A stretch of DNA of 64,000 nucleotides from Dicyema japonicum (lineage: Eukaryota; Animalia; Dicyemida): NCBI GenBank assembly GCA_011109175.1, contig RDEW01000029.1, forward strand, positions 406,158-470,157. The letters are read 5' to 3'. Below the pieces are notes generated by a model. That model made no database searches, had not been told where the DNA came from, and saw only the letters and a program-made list of their open reading frames with translations. Made by a program: the position numbers and the translations under genes. Below are positions 59,801 to 64,000 of this stretch, piece after piece. Position 1 is the stretch's first letter. Every line of letters starts with the position of its first letter.

Positions 59801-62800
59801 TCCGGGAAATTTATTATAAATTATTTAATACAGTGCAACCCCGAATTGGGGTAATCTTTCCCAACTTTCAGGTTTTCCACAAAAAAGAGGGTTTTCCTTA
59901 AATTTGGGTCTCCCCAGTTCGACTTCCTACCTTAATAACATAACCAAGACGGATAATTACAATTATTATTTTTTAATAAAAAAATCTGTTAATTTTAATC
60001 GAGTGTTTTTTTCCCCGGGTGGCATAGTGGTTAGGTGTTCGGGCTTAAGTGGCTTAGATTACGGGTTCGAATCTCGCTTCTGTTCACCTAGTAGAAGGTT
60101 CCACGTATCTACGATGCAGGTTTGACGAGTGAGGCCGTCATCAGTGGATACTCACGGCGGAACTGGATTGTCTAGAAAAAACCAACACACAAGAAAAATA
60201 AAAAAAAGAAGTCAAGAAAATTCCTTGGTTTTTACGATTAGTTAAAATTAACGTGTGTGCCCTGCCTATAAGGAGCTATAAATATTATGGCTCTCGTGAA
60301 AAGGCCATTATTATTTGTTTTTTTCGCATGGACTCATATGGCAGAACATAATATTTGCTTTGAATCTATTGACGACCATGGAGGAACTAATCGAAAAAAA
60401 CAAAAATGGACACCAATGCCAAAAAATGCTCATCCGCAACGTACTTGTGTAGAATCAAGGAATCAACACCGAGAAAGCCTTGATCCAATTCGTCGCGATC
60501 ACTTAGTTTAGTCTTTTTGGTTTAACAGTGGTCTTTGGAATTGATTAAATTAAAATTAAATCTGTATAAATCAAAGACATTTTCCTGAGTCTCTTGTTTA
60601 ATAACATCTAGCAGCATTGTAAAAACGCATTCCGCATTATTTATAACTTGTTGATCATCCAAATGTTCCAGAAATTGATAGCTGCAGTCCTCTTCATCAC
60701 TACTATGATCATCCCAGAAGATCTCCAAAATCGCATTTTCCACAATATCCGAATCAATTAGACTTTCTCCGGTGCCTCTTTTTCCCGACATTCATATTCC
60801 ATAGCCTTTTCAAAGCAATGTCGTATTGAAGTTTCTGTAATCTCGCCCCATACCAATTTCGAACATGAAATAGCATCTATTTGAGCTACAGGATTTTTAT
60901 CATAGATAATCGTTTTCATTATCCAATTATTGAAACGATTCTAAAATGCATGTATTATTCCTTGGCCACATGGCTAAAATAAGGTAGTTGTGTTTCCTGG
61001 AAAAAATATTATCTCAACGTTTGAATATTGGGCAGAAACAGCATTGCATTGTCAATAAATAATGTTATTTTACTCTCCCCACTACGTCTGTTATCTTCCA
61101 TCGTCCCCACTACTTTCTGGAAGAGCCTTCTCTCGGTCTTGCAGAAGAATCCGATCAGGGAAAGAAATTTCTTATCCAATCGGTTTTCTCTTCCCATGGA
61201 AAGGATCGGGCGAAGCGGATTTTCATCTTCCTCACAGACGCGAAGAAATCCGGAGCCACGACTACGGATCTTAACTTCCATGAGTAGTGGGTCGACTGTT
61301 GATCCATTACGTGGGCAAAGCATACTGATTGTTTTCTGGTGTATCGAGTTGACTCTTTGGACCATAGACTCCGATAGCGCGAATCTCCATGCAACGGAGG
61401 CATACTCAACGGCAGGCGCGATTGTTTGTTGGTAGAGGGTAGAAACGGAAAAATCCATGTTCTCGTGGTCTTTCGGACAAGGGCGCGTAAAACGTTAACT
61501 TTCTGGAGGCCCCTGGTAATCATGTCTTTAGCGTGGGAGTTGAAATTGAGTAGACTGTCGTACTTGACTCCAAGGACAGTGGGGACATTGTCACTGGAAT
61601 CCGAGTGGGACCAATAAAGATACTCGGTTCATCCTTAGAACGACGGTCCGAAGTGAAAGTGGAACAGATGGATTTGGTTGCAGAAATCGTAAGTCGATTG
61701 CCAACAATCCAATCGTGGAGACTGTTCAATTTGCCTGAGTTTAAAGGATGCGACTTGCGTCGAGCGGTTCCGTATTGCAATGACTACATCGTCTGCGTAG
61801 GATAATAGCAGGGAATCTTCGTCTCCATCATTAGGTAGGTCGTGTAGGAATAGGTTGAATAGAATTGGTAAAAGTGGAAACCCCTGGGGTACCCCGTTCG
61901 GTAGTAATCATGATCTATATCTGAGATCACCACTGACTACTCTTCCACGTCTTCCAGACAAAAAGTTGGCCAGCCATAATTTCATATTCGGACGAATATT
62001 AGTAGAAAATATTTTTCCAACCAGGATTTTCCTCGAAACAGTGTCAAAGGCTTTGTTGATGTCAATAGAAACGAAGATTGTGCGTTTGTGAGGCAGGGGA
62101 TGGGTGTTAAAACCGTCTGCAATGAACTGCGATAGGGTAGCCAAGTATGTAGCGGTGGACCTACAGCGGAGGAAACCATGTTAAAATATAGGACGTGGAA
62201 GATACGGAATAATGACTGATAATACAAGTTTCTCCATAATTTTTGACAGTGTGCTGGTAACGGAAATAGGCCTGTAGGAGGCATGTTCAGTCTCTGGTTT
62301 CCCAGCTTTCAATATCGGTCTGATGATAGAATTCTTCCAAATCTTAGGAATAATATTATAGTTAATGGACAGGTTGTATATTTGCGTGAGGTAGCCAATT
62401 GAGTAGTGGCTTAGGTGTTTTAGGTGAATAGAAGATACTTTGTCAGGCCCGCACGCCCGTGAGCTCTTTAATCTGGTGATCACATCCAAGACTTGGTCAT
62501 CTGTGAATAGTTCGTGATAAGGTTCCTTCTTCGGTTTATGGGCATGCACCTTTCTGAATGGCAGCGCTGATAATTTCTGCGGCCTCATCAATAGATCGTA
62601 TTAAGGAGGATAATCTCCGGGCCAAGAATTTATCGACAAGGTTACTGAAACCAGACCAGTCAACCTTCGTATAATCCTTGAATCTTTTTGAATCGGCGGG
62701 CCGTCTCCTGTATCGTCGAAGACCTCTCAATTTTAGATAGATTGGATTGTGGTAAAAGACGTTCCAGGAAATGAGTCCAGCCAGAGAACGTGAGCATAGT

Positions 62801-63393
62801 GTTAAGTCGGGGGATGTGTAGCTATCAGTCATCCTTAATGGGGTTCTCGTATGTGAGTTAAGGTTGTTCAGTATATTCAGGTCAGGAAGATAATTTGCAA
62901 TGAATTCTCATCGGTTATCAGAGGATTGGGAAGTGAGCCAAACTGGATGTCGTGCATTAAGATCCCCACATAATAGTAGATTTTTTTATGTTGAAATGCG
63001 TGATAAATCAGGGGTGTAAGATGACGGACACGATCCTTGTGGAGGAATATATAAATTAGACAAATGGATCCAAAAGGACGGGAATAACTCGATTTTGACA
63101 GTAATCTGCTCCAAAGTCTTGTCGATGCCAAGAAGAACTGAGGTTCGTTGAGTTGTATCCATAAAAGGAATGTCGTTCTTTATAATAGTAAGTAGTCCTC
63201 CTCCGCGTCCTCCCTGACGATCTTTACGGATCACTGTGTATCCGGGAAAAGAGGGTGTTGGTATGGAGGGAGATAGCTTGGACTCCTGTATTAAAGCGAG
63301 GTCAGCCTCATTTTCGCGGATGAGTGCCCGGAGTTCAAAGATTTTCTTCCTGATCTCATTCGTATTCAGTTGTATAATTGTAAAACTTCTCCA

Positions 63394-63429
63394 TGGACCA
63401 GGATTGGTTTCGACGTCTCCACATAGAAG
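63394..63429 (-). other. Canonical 2A (StopGo) motif LLCGDVETNPG-P
   Basis: ctt cta tgt gga gac gtc gaa acc aat cct ggt cca, immediately upstream of and in frame with APE. Confidence 0.9.
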
Positions 63430-63455
63430 ACCACCGGACGGTGGGGAGAAGCTGT

Positions 63456-63515
63456 TGGCTCTTTTCGTTCTTTTTTGGAATGGGTGATAACATTTCTGGT
63501 GAGCCACATGACACC
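63456..63515 (-). ncRNA. Candidate HDV-like ribozyme leader, copy 3 (retains the catalytic-C position; P1 and P3 partly decayed)
   Basis: GGTGTC-ATG-TGGCTC-ACC-AGAAAT-GTT-ATCACC-CA-TTC(caaaaaa)GAA-CGAAAA-GAGCCA. P2 TGGCTC/GAGCCA is a perfect 6 bp. Confidence 0.55.
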
Positions 63516-64000
63516 ACGCTAACGCCACGCTAACAACATTTCTCAGAATCACAGAATCGTTATAAATTTATAAACCAACATTGACATAATATAAAAGATA
63601 AATTGCTCCGTAGTTCATTTTAATAGATTACTTTCCAAGCATCTTTTGATTAAAAGTATATTTAAAAAAAAAATTATAGTTATTTTTTACTTCAATAAAG
63701 ACTTACTTCATGACAACTCTCCATTCTGACCAGAAATATTTTTGGTAGATATCCGTAAATATTCTAGACTATGCATAGAAGGAATTAACATAAATCCAAT
63801 ACATCCAGTAGGTTTTGTAAACTTTAATGTTCAATATATGCAAAGAAAATAATATCCGAGTAAGCATTAGTGACCTCATTGAATCTAGAGTAGATGGAAT
63901 GAGAAAATCAGATATTTTATAGTAGCACCTAGTAATAAAAATGATAGACCTGTTAGATTGAAATGTTTCATTGATGAAAGATTAAATAAAAAGCTGTTTT

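Larger units (their letters stand above)
61082..63540 (-). mobile_element. I/Ingi-like LINE copy retaining leader, 2A, APE and RT (linker deleted near 62550)
   Basis: ORF 62986-63552 has LLCGDVETNPGP, IIQLNTNEIR, LIQESKL and GGGLLTII. RT ORFs lie downstream. Confidence 0.9.
49783..64000. repeat. Tandem array, ~4019-bp unit, ~3.5 copies (one unit shortened to 3169 bp): LINE RT fragment, unassigned + R4 fragment, hAT end, Tigger with inserted SINE
   Basis: Landmark cagtggttcccaacc at 52553, 55722 and 59741. ORF-track peptides repeat at offsets of 3169 and 4019. Confidence 0.95.

Noticed and set aside
49862-62091. Numerous repeated 60-160 aa plus-strand ORFs in the array as a novel gene cluster
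   Set aside because: They are antisense shadows of LINE RT, or reads through Tigger and SINE sequence, repeated only because the DNA unit is duplicated.

Overview
AT-rich eukaryotic (animal) genomic DNA, mostly decayed transposable elements, with about six well-supported host genes whose spliceosomal introns are only ~20-30 nt. That intron size suggests a dicyemid-like parasite; this is inference, not proven. Host genes: neuron navigator/unc-53 homologue (3' part), MZT1, a 4-TM tetraspanin-like gene missed by the ORF track, an unknown coiled-coil gene, PDSS1/COQ1, a Gi/o-like G-alpha and a short M12B metalloprotease. TEs include I/Ingi-like and RTE APE-LINEs, R4/Dong-like and CRE-like RLE-LINEs, a tRNA-derived SINE whose 3' tail matches the local RTE, hAT, Tigger/pogo, Merlin and Ginger-type elements. 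The last ~14 kb is a ~4.0-kb tandem array (~3.5 copies) of TE fragments. Best lead: an Ingi/L1Tc-like system made of a 5' leader with an HDV-like ribozyme fold (compensatory changes across 3 diverged copies), a 2A 'StopGo' motif and APE-RT, plus a ~330-bp non-autonomous derivative that keeps both ends. Second lead: Merlin and Ginger transposases carry host-style 25-31 nt micro-introns. All calls come from manual translation and alignment, with no database searches. Element boundaries are approximate unless TSDs or TIRs are quoted.
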